Shown here one piece after another: positions 43,220 through 56,431 of a DNA stretch of 64,000 nucleotides. Where the stretch lies: NCBI GenBank assembly GCA_964016885.1, contig OZ024743.1:147808001-147872000 (forward strand), written 5' to 3'. Position 1 is the first letter of the stretch. Each line of letters begins with the position of its first letter. The DNA is from Eledone cirrhosa. Taxonomy: Eukaryota. The notes below the pieces were generated by a model. It saw only the letters and a program-made list of their open reading frames with translations, searched no databases and had not been told where the DNA came from. Made by a program: the position numbers and the translations under genes.

Positions 43220-44599
43220 TAATTAATAATAATAAATTTCAAGACTAAAATCCAAAGAGGGCTCGATAAGGATAAATAAATATCAAATATATAAGAACCG
43301 TAGAGCAAATATTTATAAAATAACAGATTAAAGTTTAAGCAAAGAATCGCTGCTTTCACCCTTAACGGGATCTTCTGAAACTAACAAAGTCAATCTGTAA
43401 ACGCAGAAGTGGATATTTCAAAAAACGTTGCGACCGGAGGAAGACAGGAAGACGATACTTTGGTTCGTGGAAACGATCGCTGGCAAAGAACGGGAAAAAA
43501 CGAATAAGATATGTCATTAATAGGAGCGGTGAAAAACAATTACGCGCAAAGACAGAACCACGTTTATGGTATACAAGACGTCGTAGACTAATGTTCTCTT
43601 AGGTGGTTCATAGAGACGTTCTCTGGCAATGAACGAAAAAAGCGAAGATAATACGTCATATGTGGATCGTTGAGAACAATTGCACGCAAAGACAAAACCA
43701 CGTAAATTTTATAGCAGAAGTCGTAGACTAAAATTCTAACTAGGAGACCGAATGAATCTCCGCTACAGAGTTAAGAACAAAGTAAATAAATACAATACAG
43801 AAGTAATAGAAACAAATAAATACATACACGCAAACAAATACGTACATACACAAGCATACGCAAAACACTTACCATAGGTATACAAAACCACACACATATA
43901 AATATGTGTGTGTGTGTATGCGTGTATACAAATAAATAAATAAATAATTATATAAACGTATATAAATAAATAAATACGTAAATAACAAGCGCACACACAT
44001 ACCTACATGTAAATACACGAATGTTCGGAGACGAAAGTCAACCAAAACATGAAGTACACACATACACACACCCTACATACGTACGAACCTGTATACTCAG
44101 ACAGACGCAAAACTCCCGTATACACATAGCCAAACCATATGTACCAGAATAAAAAAAATAAAAAAAGTTTATACGCCATAACATAAACAATCAAATATAC
44201 ATACGAGAAGGTATACGTACCTTCACGAAACATACGGGTAAATATACTTACCTATGCAAATAAGTAATGGTATAAACAAAACATATACTTAGCTCCCACA
44301 TCAAGACGTAAAATATCCACGTATAGATCGTATACCATAAACGTGGTTCTGTCTTTGCGCGTAATTGTTTTTCACCGCTCCTATTAATAACGTTTCTTAT
44401 TCGTTTTTTCCCGTTCTTTGCCAGCGAACGTTACCACGAACCAAAGTATCGTCTTCCTGTCTTCCTCCGGTCGCAACGTTTTTTGAAATATCCACTTCTG
44501 CGTTTACAGATTGACTTTGTTAGATTCAGAAGATCCTGTTAAGGGTGAAAGCAGCGATTCTTTGCTCTTTGCTTAAACTTTAATCTGTTATTTTATAAA
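43220..44599 (-). mobile_element. Longest family D copy (~1.1 kb, non-coding) with inverted ~265-bp pLTR
   Basis: 43311-43574 is inverted at 44330-44599; (TA)n on both sides; no RT or endonuclease ORF. Confidence 0.8.
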
Positions 44600-44602
44600 T
44601 AT

Positions 44603-44633
<31 letters not shown>

Positions 44634-44661
44634 CATTGGCAACATGACCCTCCCAAAGTAT

Positions 44662-44792
<131 letters not shown>

Positions 44793-44799
44793 TGTATAT

Positions 44800-45415
44800 A
44801 TGAAATCCGGTTGGATTATCTGTTTATTTGGGGATTTGAAACCACGCGGTAAAGGCACATATAGTAAGTACAGCGAACCTTTTAAAATTTATTTTAAAAC
44901 ATTTTCTCTATTTGCTAAGATTTGATTTTATATGTTCTGGCTTGTTAATTTATTAACCTGCCATAGAACCACATTGGCATACGGTTGGACAATACTTGTA
45001 TCCCTATATGTATTTTTTACACGTGGAACACATACTTTATTATTAATCCCCCCTAAGGTTGAGATAACTTTTGGTCGTTTGAACTGCTGCTATTTCTAGT
45101 AGCAGGACATTGACCTTTCCGCCCTGCCTTTTGTCTTTACACACGGCACTAGGCAAAATTGTTTCTTTCCTTATTCACTGCCATTCGGGAACAGTTTTGT
45201 ATGGCGTCAGTTTGTGATTTGAACTCGGGAATTTTATATTCTCCGAGCGAGAAAAGCCTTCTGGCGAAAGTCCCTTTCTCAATGGAAATCCGCTTGGATT
45301 ATCTGTTTATTTTTGGATTTGAAACCACGCGGTAAAGGCACATATAGTAAGTATAGCGAACCTTTTAAAATTTATTTTAAAACTTTTTCTCTATTTGCTA
45401 AACCTTGATTTTATA
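44800..45415 (+). mobile_element. Family F non-coding element, partial tandem with 484-nt period
   Basis: ~130-bp direct repeat at 44800-44935 and 45282-45415; gaaaccacgcggtaaagg at 44837 and 45321. Confidence 0.8.
45256..45339 (+). ncRNA. Hammerhead motif (family F); A6G change in this copy
   Basis: Stem I GCCUU/AAGGC; core CUGGCGA; stem II AAGUCC/GGAUUU; GAAA; ACC(ACGC)GGU; triplet GUA. Confidence 0.7.
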
Positions 45416-45421
45416 TATATG

Positions 45422-45453
<32 letters not shown>

Positions 45454-45574
45454 CCGACAAAGTGATAGAGGTAAGTAGAAGTAGGGAGAGACAACTATAT
45501 GTGTCTCTATCTCTCAATCTCACTCTCTCTCGCTCTCATCACCGCAGACTTTCACCGTCTCTCTCACTTTTTTT

Positions 45575-45648
<74 letters not shown>

Positions 45649-45654
45649 ATATAT

Positions 45655-45677
45655 ATCTTGTTTATTTTTCTCAATTA

Positions 45678-45755
<78 letters not shown>

Positions 45756-45990
45756 TAATTGAGAAAAATAAACAAGATACAATTTACCAATTCGCGATGT
45801 CCTGACAGTTTCATTGTATAGTTGAATTCTGAATATTCCAATAATTAATAACACTCTTCAATGTGAGATTTCAAGACTCCTTAGAGAACTTCTCAATCCA
45901 AGAAAAGACTATTTTGAGAGATCCGTTACCAGCGGTAATTTCGAAAGGAAGAATTATCACGAGATTTACGGTAAACAGAAGGGTATCATA
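45655..45990 (-). mobile_element. Probable further pLTR stub; its terminal 28 bp are mirrored across (TA)n
   Basis: atcttgtttatttttctcaattataatt-(TA)n-aattataattgagaaaaataaacaagat; GAAACUGUC on the minus strand. Confidence 0.4.
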
Positions 45991-46411
45991 TGTACACATA
46001 TATATACCCACATGCATATATATATACATGTGTCTATACCCATACGTGCAAACACACATACACACACAGTCACTCGCATGCAGACTGATACACACACAGT
46101 CACTCGCATGCAGACTCATACACACACATATATACAAATATATACAAATATATACATATATACAAATATATACACATATATACAAATATACACATATATA
46201 CAAATATATACACATATATACAAATATACACATATATACAAATATATGTGCAGGAATCTATCGACACCCCTACCATCATCTTGAACATTATTTTGTGTTC
46301 GATAATTCCACACTGACATAAGTTGGAGGGGACATCACGGTCAACACAATCCGTCAGACTCAAGGAAACACAAAAGCGGTCAACATCCTTATTATTGCAA
46401 TCTTACATTAT

Positions 46412-46605
46412 GAAGCGTTGGATTGGCAATAGAATCGGTAGAGGGTCGGACGCCATGCTTTCCAGCATAGTTACGTCCCTTTACGATCTGAGTTCAAATC
46501 CCGCCGAGGTTGACTTTGCCTTTCATCCTTACGGGGTCGATAAAATAAAGTACCAGTAATGAACTGGGTTATTGCTGGCCTTGTGCCTAAAGTAGATACA
46601 ATTAT
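46412..46605 (+). mobile_element. Meta-type tRNA SINE
   Basis: A and B boxes, core and tail present. Confidence 0.85.
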
Positions 46606-46733
46606 GAACTGGTTGCATTTTATCGTTCCAACGGCAGTTCAGAATTTGTCGCTTGAAAAATGTACTATATAGTTCCCTCAGCTCCGAACAAGTCAAATAT
46701 ATATACACAAACACATACACACAAACATCGCAT

Positions 46734-46801
<68 letters not shown>

Positions 46802-46806
<5 letters not shown>

Positions 46807-47080
46807 AAAAGTCAGCTCAAAAGTGACACAGAGGAGACTGAGGTTAGCTGGACATGCTCACCGACATCCAGAGTTGACATTGCACTCAGTGCTCCTTTGG
46901 GAGCCCCTACATGGACACACTAGAAGAGGAAGACCAAGGTTAACGTATGTTGATGCCCTAAGGACAGACACTGGTCTGTTGGGGACGCAGGACATGGCAG
47001 CGATAATGAGGGACAGAGACTGTTGGAGAGAACTCGTCCATGGATCTCGGGAATTTTACCCGCCTTAGATAGATAGATAT
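46802..47080 (+). mobile_element. Young RTE(-X) LINE 3' end with (TAGA)n tail
   Basis: Uninterrupted RRLRLAGHAHRH...LLWEP..G..RRGRPRLTYVD...MRDRDCWRELV* frame. Confidence 0.85.
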
Positions 47081-47561
47081 ATATATTGTATGTATGGTTT
47101 TCTTTACCTAAATGTATTCATACAGAGAGTGGGGTATAAGAGAGAGTGAGAAGCATGGTGAGAATGATATTTGTGAGAGAGAAAGAAAAGGTCGTATAAG
47201 AATGAACAGTTTTCTATTTCCGGATTCAAAACCTGGTTTTGAAATATATATTTTTCAGTTAAACTGTCAGAGATATTTTCAAACTTCATCAATAATAACA
47301 ACACATTAAAACAGAGACGAAAGATATATACATAAATCAAAATCATTATAATTTACTGCATGAGCATTTAGGCATACATATAGACACGTATATACGTGTG
47401 CAAGTATGCCTGCTTATTTTTATCGTAAATGTCTACCTCTGCTGTATATGTGTGTTGATTTTTAAATTTATATACTCAGAAATATTAACATTTATGTGCT
47501 GCCTGTGATAATACAATACGGAAACATATTTATATAGATGTTCATACACACACACAAATAC

Positions 47562-47595
<34 letters not shown>

Positions 47596-49559
47596 GCGGA
47601 GAGAGAGAGTGAAAGAGATATCGAGAGAGGTGAAAGTTATTATATTTGTGAATAAACATAAAAGCAATAGCCAAATAAAGTAGTCGAAACATGATATCGA
47701 ATTAAGTATTTATTCTAAAACGATGACAGTAACTTCGAAGTGACGCCAAATTTTTATCTTCAAATTGTGTATGAAGAATAGCTACTAGATATCTTTAACC
47801 GAGTTAGAAAAGCACACGTTTTGCCAATTTGTAAACTGGTTAAATGTGTAAAGCTTCCCACATATTCATTTTATTATTTTAGCATTTCTTTTTACTTAAG
47901 ACCTTTGTGTGAATGAAAGAGACATATTTACATTGTTGATTAATATATTTTTCGCCCTTATAATATATTTTGCAAATGCGTTTAACTTGCGTGTTTATGC
48001 CATATGAAATAGATTAATACTGTTGTATATATACATTATGTGTTCAGGTTATATACTAATTTGATTATATACTTCATTTAATGCAGATTTTGAAGACCTT
48101 TTACTTAAAACAAACTTTATTATAGTCATTTAATTAAAAATAAAAATAGTTCGTATTTGTATGGCTTTATAACATAATGCAAACTTTTGTAAAATAATGT
48201 TATAAAAATTGTGCTAAAATAGCTTAATTGAAGCAATATTTCGACTTCGTTAAATCCGTTGGTCTGATTTGAATAATAGTACATTCGTTGGCGACATAAT
48301 CAATTAACAAATTAATGATACTCTAAATAGCGTATATTCACAAATCTGAAATACATTACTATCAATTTCATACTGCAATAATATTTTTTCTCAATAATAT
48401 CCGTTACCAACGAATACTACTTTTTTTATATTTAGGGATTTTGTACCGGTATAATAATTCAATCCTCTGTATTTTAACCTTCTGCCATACAAACACAAAC
48501 ATATTTTGACACCTAAGTTTCATTTTCTCTATGATCTTATATAATATTTCTCCTCCATGTAAACATATGTTGAATATAAAGCGCCATTTTTTTCCTAAAT
48601 TTTGTTATTATTCATGTGTGATGTTTCTACACCCTTTACAACTATTCGTACCGCCCCTGATTCATACTAGATGCGTATGTCTGATTAATATCTATTCCCC
48701 TTACATTGTTTGAAACGCCAAATTTGAAAAGAACTTAATACGTATATATATATATATATATACATATATTTCTTCATTGCTGTCATCATCATTATTAGCT
48801 ACAGACATCTTTATCATCTCAGTTGCCTATGCCTTCATCCTTCTCTTTCCCACCAACCTCTACTTTTTCTCGCGTATCTTCATCATGAACAACACCCCCA
48901 TCATAGATGACTTCATCATAATCCACCCGTTATCATCCTTTTTAATGCAATATCGCATTTTTTTGGATAACAAGACGTCTTCACACATTCCTTTCTTTTC
49001 AACACCTTATGCTGATATCTAATATAACGACATATATCTCAAGGAAGGAAACACACGGTCACAAGCTTGCTAGTATGTAGAATCAAATCTCCATCAAATT
49101 ACATCCTACTATCTGACAAAGTGAAGGGCATAGTGAACAATGGAGTTTGAGATACAAGCTGTATGAAAACAAAGATTAGTCGCAGATGAAATGCATTGAC
49201 TAATAGATTAACGAGATTTCATTACTGATTAGTGTTTAAACTACGAAATCTATTTGTTACCAAAAACAGACTACAGGAAAAGTGTTAATATTATCGCTCT
49301 TTAACCATTTCATTACTGTATGCTTTACAAAGAATTTTATAAAGGAAATAATAAAATAACTTATTCACTTTTATTGAGTTGGTGTTAGCAAGATTTTCTG
49401 ATATGAAATTATGATGGAAAGTATTAATTTAAGTATGAACAGTGTAAAGATGAGATGTATATCTTAGGAATAAGCCTCCTCCCCTTAAGCTTTCAAGTGA
49501 CAGCGACTTAAACGTGGAGCAGAGTAACACCCCCCTTCCCACATTCAATACAAGCGCCA

Positions 49560-52500
49560 ACCCCACATTAGGTAGTATCGCCAACAACAGCACCAACAAC
49601 CAAAATAAAATACATGAGAGCAGCAACCGGAATAATGACAACACCAACATCAGCAACAACGACGACTCCAACAACGACATGAACAACGACAACACTATTA
49701 GCAAAAGTGAAAAGCAACAAAAGCAACAAAAAGAGCGACAACAACAACAGCAGCAACAACAACGTAAACAGGAGGACTTTCGCAGCCACAGCGGCTAAAA
49801 ATCAAACCCTATACAACTTTGATTTGACAGAAAAGAATGAACGCTTGGCCGAGGCGGAAAAATTACAACCAGAGAAAAAGACATGCGCCAACTTAAACGT
49901 CCTGGCAGAGCTGATAGCAGCTAAGGAGAGGAGAACATTGAAATACCGATGCATTACAGTGAAATCTCGCAAAGCCAAAACAGCATCTGAAGGACAAGTA
50001 GAGGCTGCACTGAAGTGTATCACGAATAATGACATCGAACATATAGCAAGGGCTCTTGTTGCTCTTCAAATCAGAGGCCCTTGCAAAACGGACCAAATAA
50101 GCATGTACATGTCTTACATGGGGAGGAAGACAGTAGATGTCTGTGTGCCCAGGATTCCGCCGGGACTAGATCTACGGTGGCTCCTGGCATGCATAGCAGC
50201 AAAGCAACCTGACACCCTGCTCGGCGTCAAATTTACAATGAGGGAAAGTTGGTCCGGGACTGGTTTGGAAATGATTCTCCAAAGTAGACCCAAAGACATC
50301 AAAAATATATCGGAACACATCAAACTACCGGACGGGTAATAAATGCAAGTAATCTCTGAGTGAAAACAGCCGCACAGTTTCGTTGGTGGTGAAGCCACAC
50401 ACTTGTGAGCCTTCTGCCCTCAGTTGAAAGTTGCATGTAACCACAAACCTCCCTTGCTGCCAAGACTGGTGTCGGAATAAAGGACAACACCAGCACCAGC
50501 CGCAATGACAGTAAAAGAGACAGCACCACCAGATACAACTCCAACAAGGACCATTAAATCCTCAAAGGAAGTTACCAAAACAAACACTCCCTCTCCCCCT
50601 CTTTCAAACCCATAAAAATAGACCCGAGTGTGGAGGAGCCCCCCCCCCTCCCGCCAAATAAACAAATAAAAACAGGAAATACAAAAAGAAAAAGACAAAG
50701 AAAAAACATAGTCAACAACAGCGACAGAAACACAACATTTCCTGTTACTGAGAAGGGCCAACAAAAACTTATAGCCAATCAAGACATTGAGAAAGAGGGG
50801 GACATTTGTAGCACCTGCACCTTCAAATTGCTCCAAACACTGCTATTAGTGAAGATGCCAATAAACACCTACAAAATCAACAGGAAGAGCTTTCCCGACG
50901 ACGTGGGGACCACTAAAGTGAAACCCTTGAGTAGGCTTTAACGGAAGTCCCAAAGAAACACCACCAAACATGGAGATCGAACCACCTAATCTCAACGCCA
51001 GGAGTTAAGTAAACTTTTCCACTCTGTTTTAGCCTACCAATATGGTCATCCTAAGGGTAGAGTATTTAAATATCTGCTTGGGGCCGTCCTAGAAGCCCGG
51101 TCACTTCAACAATCTCAGTCACTAGATATGGATGTGATTGGCGTCACCGAGACTACGATTCCCGACACGCACGCACTAGTCCCCATTTCCGACGTCTGTC
51201 ACATCTTCGTATCTCTTACTCGACCGGGGATGGAAGCTGTGGTAGCAGTGCTTTGTAGGAAAGGCTTAGATCACGAGGTAAGATCGATATGCCGTAATTT
51301 CATCGTCCTGGACGTGAGCAATAGCGAAGTTAGTGCATTTAGACTCGTGGCAGTCTACGCCACAACTGGGGCTGCGCAGCCGGGTTTCTTTGAGCTTTCT
51401 GGGAACATCTCGTCCCTTATTGTAAGCGTGGGACAGTCACGGCATCTTAGACGCGCGTTGGAATTGTGTGGGAATAGCTAATAGGAGTACGTGGTGCAAA
51501 AGTTTCAAGTAACTAATCAACCAGATTCAACTGATGAGATTCCGCTTATGCGGCAAACGCATAGCATGATCTAGTTCGTATATACATATATTTTTTATTA
51601 GGTCAATAGATAAGGATCGTATATATTTCCAAACATTCAAGCAGTTTATTTAGATCACAAGTTTGTGATCTGTATGGACGACCTGGATAAGACATGCAGG
51701 TTAGGACCTGGTTACTGGAAGCTGAAAATGTCGTTTCCGGCAGGTACGGCTTAGCGGGAACGGGTGAACAATTTAGTTAAGCAAAGTTTGACAGGCAGAG
51801 TCGTCAACAATAGATGGTGGGGGCTCACAAAAGATAGCTTAGAGTAAGTTCGATAGGTTTCAGCAAAGAAGTAGCATTAGAGAAAAATAGAAAAATGGGG
51901 GAGCTGCTAGCTAAATTAGATGAGGCTATTTGTAGTGGCATTGCAACTGACGAACTACCGACAAGAATGGCATTAGACCATTTCTTCAATGCAAAACACG
52001 AAGGTTGCATTGTCAGAGTTAAGGGAACCAAATCTGTTCAATATGCCCACGTCTCAGAGACGCAGCTTAGTATCAAAACCACAATTCAGTTTTTGATGGA
52101 TCGAGACGAAGGCAAGGTGAACAATTCCAGGCAGATATGTGACGCATTTCGCCAGCACTTTGCTCGGCTGTTCAGGTTCGGAGACGCTAATGGATTTCAG
52201 TCCCTTCCATAACGCTCTTAAACGCAGTGCTTAAAATGTTGTCCAATCTGCTAGTGAAGAGGCTGGTGCTTGTAGTAAGTGTTCTTGTAAGGAAGGTGCA
52301 GTGATGCGCAATTTCGAACAGATCAAGCCACGACAACCAGCACCTTATATGACACATCAATGAGAGTGTGACTAAGGAACGTGACAATGGTGGGGCCCTA
52401 ATCAACTTAGATCAATTGCAAGCTTTCGACCATCTGTACTTCGCGAGTCCTTAAACAGCTCGTTTTCAGAAGATCGAACTTTGCAATGCTCAGCGACATT

Positions 52501-54180
52501 CGCTTTGTGGTCAGAATCAATGATCACCACACAGTATCGCTCAACATCATGCGTTCGGTTTCACAAATTTGTCCCTTTTCGTCTCTGCTGTATTTATTGA
52601 CTCTCGAGCCAATACTACGCTAATTGGGGCCCTTGAGGTGTATCCTGCGCAAAACATTTTGAAATCAGTGTCAGCAAATGTCGATGGCATCACCGCGGTG
52701 ACGAATAACTCCAAACCCATTTAGGTAGTCGGAACCGTTCTCAGGGAGAACCAAATGGTAAAAGGAGGAAAAATATACAAGTAGAAGTCGATGGGCCTGC
52801 GGCTCCTCACCTGCAGAGGCAGATGCTTGCCGTCCACCAGTATAGTCGAGTTCTGGACGGACGGACCGTTTAAACTGCTTGTGGTCTCGCTGGGTCTTGA
52901 CCTCCAAATGGACAAAATCTGAGAGGAGATAATGAGCAAGCTGGCCAATCTCACCCAGAAAGGTGATGAGAGGAAGCTATTCTTGCAATGTCGGGCGAAG
53001 TCGTACATCGAAGTCGTACATCGTGTCCATTTACTACCGCCTGCCTCTTTGTCTTGTCCTGTTTATGTCTGACTTCACTGGAGCGGCTACCTTTCACGTT
53101 TTGTGGAAGGGACGGGTTCCACTGATCAGACAACCCATTTTCTGTAAACCCCTGCTACATGGAGAATTAGGAATGCGTGATTAATTATGCGCAGACATGC
53201 GCGGCTGCTTCGTCCTCACCAACGTTTCCTTGATATTGAACAAGTATAATCACCGTTTTCCAGACGCGTGTTTCTCCAGCTTTACTCCGCGAGAGAGCTG
53301 AAGTCCGAGGTCAAGCGAAAACCCAGTCGGAGTTCTTGTAAACTGGAAACGCTTCAAAAACTCACAGCACTCTGCCAATCAGGCAGTTCAACGTGTGGGA
53401 ACTCATTATTAGCGTTCTTTCTATTGCTAGTGGCGTGTAAAAGCAATGACTTTTTGAGGAGACTCTGAGCGTCCACAAAAATCAACTAACCACACTTTTC
53501 CTGAAGACTTTCTTCCAGGATACGTGTGTAACACAGGCAGTGCTACCAGAGAGTGTTGTCAATTCATGATGAACACTGCAGGCATGTAAATGTCGTCAGC
53601 TGGGTCTGTTCGAGATGCATGCATGGTAAGGGGACCTTCATGCACGCACTCATCCAGTATTCAATTTTACTAACGTGTGGCTTTATCTCAAACACCTACT
53701 GTTACGTGTATCACTGATCTGGCTATCAGCTGAGTCCACCGTGAATATGGTCCCACATCATTCTTTTAGAAGCGAAGGACTTGTGGTTTTTATCTGCCTG
53801 TCGACCATGGAAAAATAGGCTGTGTGGTGGACACGTTCGAAAGATATCTCCTCTTCGGCGAACCTCTGAATAACTTTATAAGATTTCACTTGAAGAGGAA
53901 AAACAGGGTGGAGAGTGAAGGGCTACTATCCAACCAGTTTGTTGAAAGGTAGGTGAGAATGGCCTGATACAAGTGAAATGGCTAGCTCTAAGTATATGTC
54001 TTAAGAGGACAATTGAAAGGGACCACGTGCCCTAGCAGTTAAGTGGCATTTGGTGGACTTTCTTCCCGAGTGAACCTCGGAAGCCTGCATCACTCTTTGT
54101 CCTCCAGTACCTTCCTGTGCCGTCTTGTGCTATCTTTAATGTTTTCTTAATGTCAACCCTGTGTGGTAAATAAAGAAACC
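49560..54180 (+). mobile_element. Second near-full-length Tx1/L1-clade LINE, more decayed
   Basis: ORF1 49707-50339 is homologous to 22458-23069 (YMGRKT..I.P..L.W.L). ORF2 remnants include FRLVAVYA, GPGYWKL, ALDHFFNAKHEGCIVR and GGALINLDQ. The 3' end is gtaaataaagaaac. Confidence 0.88.
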
Positions 54181-54206
54181 ATTATTACTATTATTATATT
54201 ATTATA

Positions 54207-54391
54207 GGGCGGTGGATTGGCAGTATCGGTAGAGGGTCGGACGCCATGCTTTCCAGCATAGTTACGTCCCTTTACGATCTGAGTTCAAACCCCGCCGAGG
54301 TTGACTTTGCCTTTCATCCTTACGGGGTCGATAAAATAAAGTACCAGCAATGTACTGGGTAATTGCTGGCCGTGTGCCTAAAGCAGAAACA
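54207..54391 (+). mobile_element. Meta-type tRNA SINE
   Basis: Full length; TSD attattactattattat at 54181-54197 and 54392-54408. Confidence 0.9.
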
Positions 54392-55066
54392 ATTATTACT
54401 ATTATTATTTATGTTAACGCAAACTTATTTGACTGAATTTCATATGTTTGAAAATAATTGCTGTTTGTTTATGCTTTTGTTATTGTACATATTTGTTGTT
54501 GAAGAGACCCTGAGAAGAAAGAAAATGGGCATTTCTTTTGTTGGCTTATATGAGGCCAAACTACATGTTTTAAAAATGTTATTTATAATCATTTTCTAAA
54601 TCCCGATTTCACAAATTGGTGTGGGGCTGTGATGAGGAAGGGAGGATGATAAGAGAAACTGCACAGGTATGGAGAGATGGAATGGAGGAGTATATCATCT
54701 TCTCTCGAAAGAAATTTAAAACAAAATTATTAAGGCAGGCCTCACCATGAAACCACAAGCGCAGTCAGTATAAACTCAGACTATGAATGAAACACCAAAG
54801 TATTAAGAAATAGTGGTACATCCTCTGCCTCCAACAACAACAACAAAAGTAATTTCATTAGCACCACTGCCACTACCAATAGCAACAAATTACCGATTTT
54901 GATCTCCTTTAATATGAGAGCGAGAATGATCAGAAAAGAAACGCAATTGCATTTAGCACCTACATCAACAACGTCTACATTACAGCACCCATCGTGACCT
55001 CAAGCAACACCAGTACACATACATCAGCAGCATGAATACTGGCGCCGGCGAGAGCTATGCAAAAAG

Positions 55067-55076
55067 TTGTTGCTGG

Positions 55077-55134
<58 letters not shown>

Positions 55135-55137
55135 ATT
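55067..55137. repeat. (TTG)n microsatellite
   Basis: Direct reading. Confidence 0.95.
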
Positions 55138-55914
55138 GATGGTGTTGGCAGTCATCGTCATCCTTTTTGTGACGCTAGTTGTGATAGAGGATATTGAAAT
55201 TAGTTGTGCTGAAGAGACACCTGAGAAGTTTATTTCTGCTAAAGCAGCACCATACCCAAGAAAACATTATTTGATTATCTGACTAATGCTGCAGAGACCA
55301 TAGTCACTAGACTTAGGTGAATTCTTCTTTTTTTTTTCAATGAGCCTTCAATTCAAAAGGTTTTTAGAACACGATATGTATGTAAAGTCCATAGATGTTG
55401 AATTGATAAGCAGAATATAGTTAGGATTTAGCTACAAGACGTCTATACATCATATCAAAATACAGGAAATACAATTTTTTTTTCTTTAACCAATTACATT
55501 TTTCTCATTTACTCATAAAAATGGCAACCATTTAAGTAAGTCACCATTCCCCTCTGAAATACTGAAGACAATTCCATAATAAGCCATGCGTGATATTCAG
55601 TATTTGCATGAGACCTACGTTTAAGATAAAAGAAGAAATGTTTAAATAGCACATCCACCATAAGGGATTCTAAAGTCACAAAAGCAAATTAGAGTAGCAC
55701 AAAACCATATATAAGGTCCCCTGATTTGTATCATTAGGGGTACAGTTTCAATTTCATCATGTTGACATGGGCAAGATAATTGGGTAATTTGTGGGAGAAT
55801 ATGTACAGTGAAGTGTGTGTGTGTGTGTATTATGGTGAGCTACGCGAGCACATACGTAACCAAACATTCACAAACACACATGCGCACACGAAAACACATA
55901 CATATCTCTCTCTC

Positions 55915-55995
<81 letters not shown>

Positions 55996-56011
55996 CATAT
56001 ATATATAGGGG

Positions 56012-56050
<39 letters not shown>

Positions 56051-56334
56051 GGGGAGAGAGAGATATGTATGTGTTTATGTCGGATATATATATATCCGAC
56101 TATATTACATTACAGAGTTAAATTAATGGTGTTCTCGTATTATTGCAGGCAAATTAGACGGTAGAAAAATACTATAAATAAAAGGCAGGGTAAAAATAAA
56201 AACGACAATAACAGCAGCAGCAACAACTAATAATAACAATATGAGATTAGTTATTTATTTGCTCTCATTAGTCAATTTAATTTTCAAATCCAAGAAATGC
56301 TATATATATTTATATATATATATATATATATTTA

Positions 56335-56431
56335 TTTATTAAAATAACAGATTAAAGTTTAAGCAAAGAATCGCTGCTTTCACCCTTAACGGGATCTTCT
56401 GAAACTAGTCTTCAAATTTATTATTATTACT
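56335..56431. mobile_element. Family D stub: hammerhead (minus) joined to the forward terminal 25 bp
   Basis: Junction ...tgaaac-tag-tcttcaaatttattattattac(TA)n. Confidence 0.7.

Noticed and set aside
54207-54300. tRNA gene
   Set aside because: The A/B boxes are the head of a multi-copy SINE, and no cloverleaf forms.
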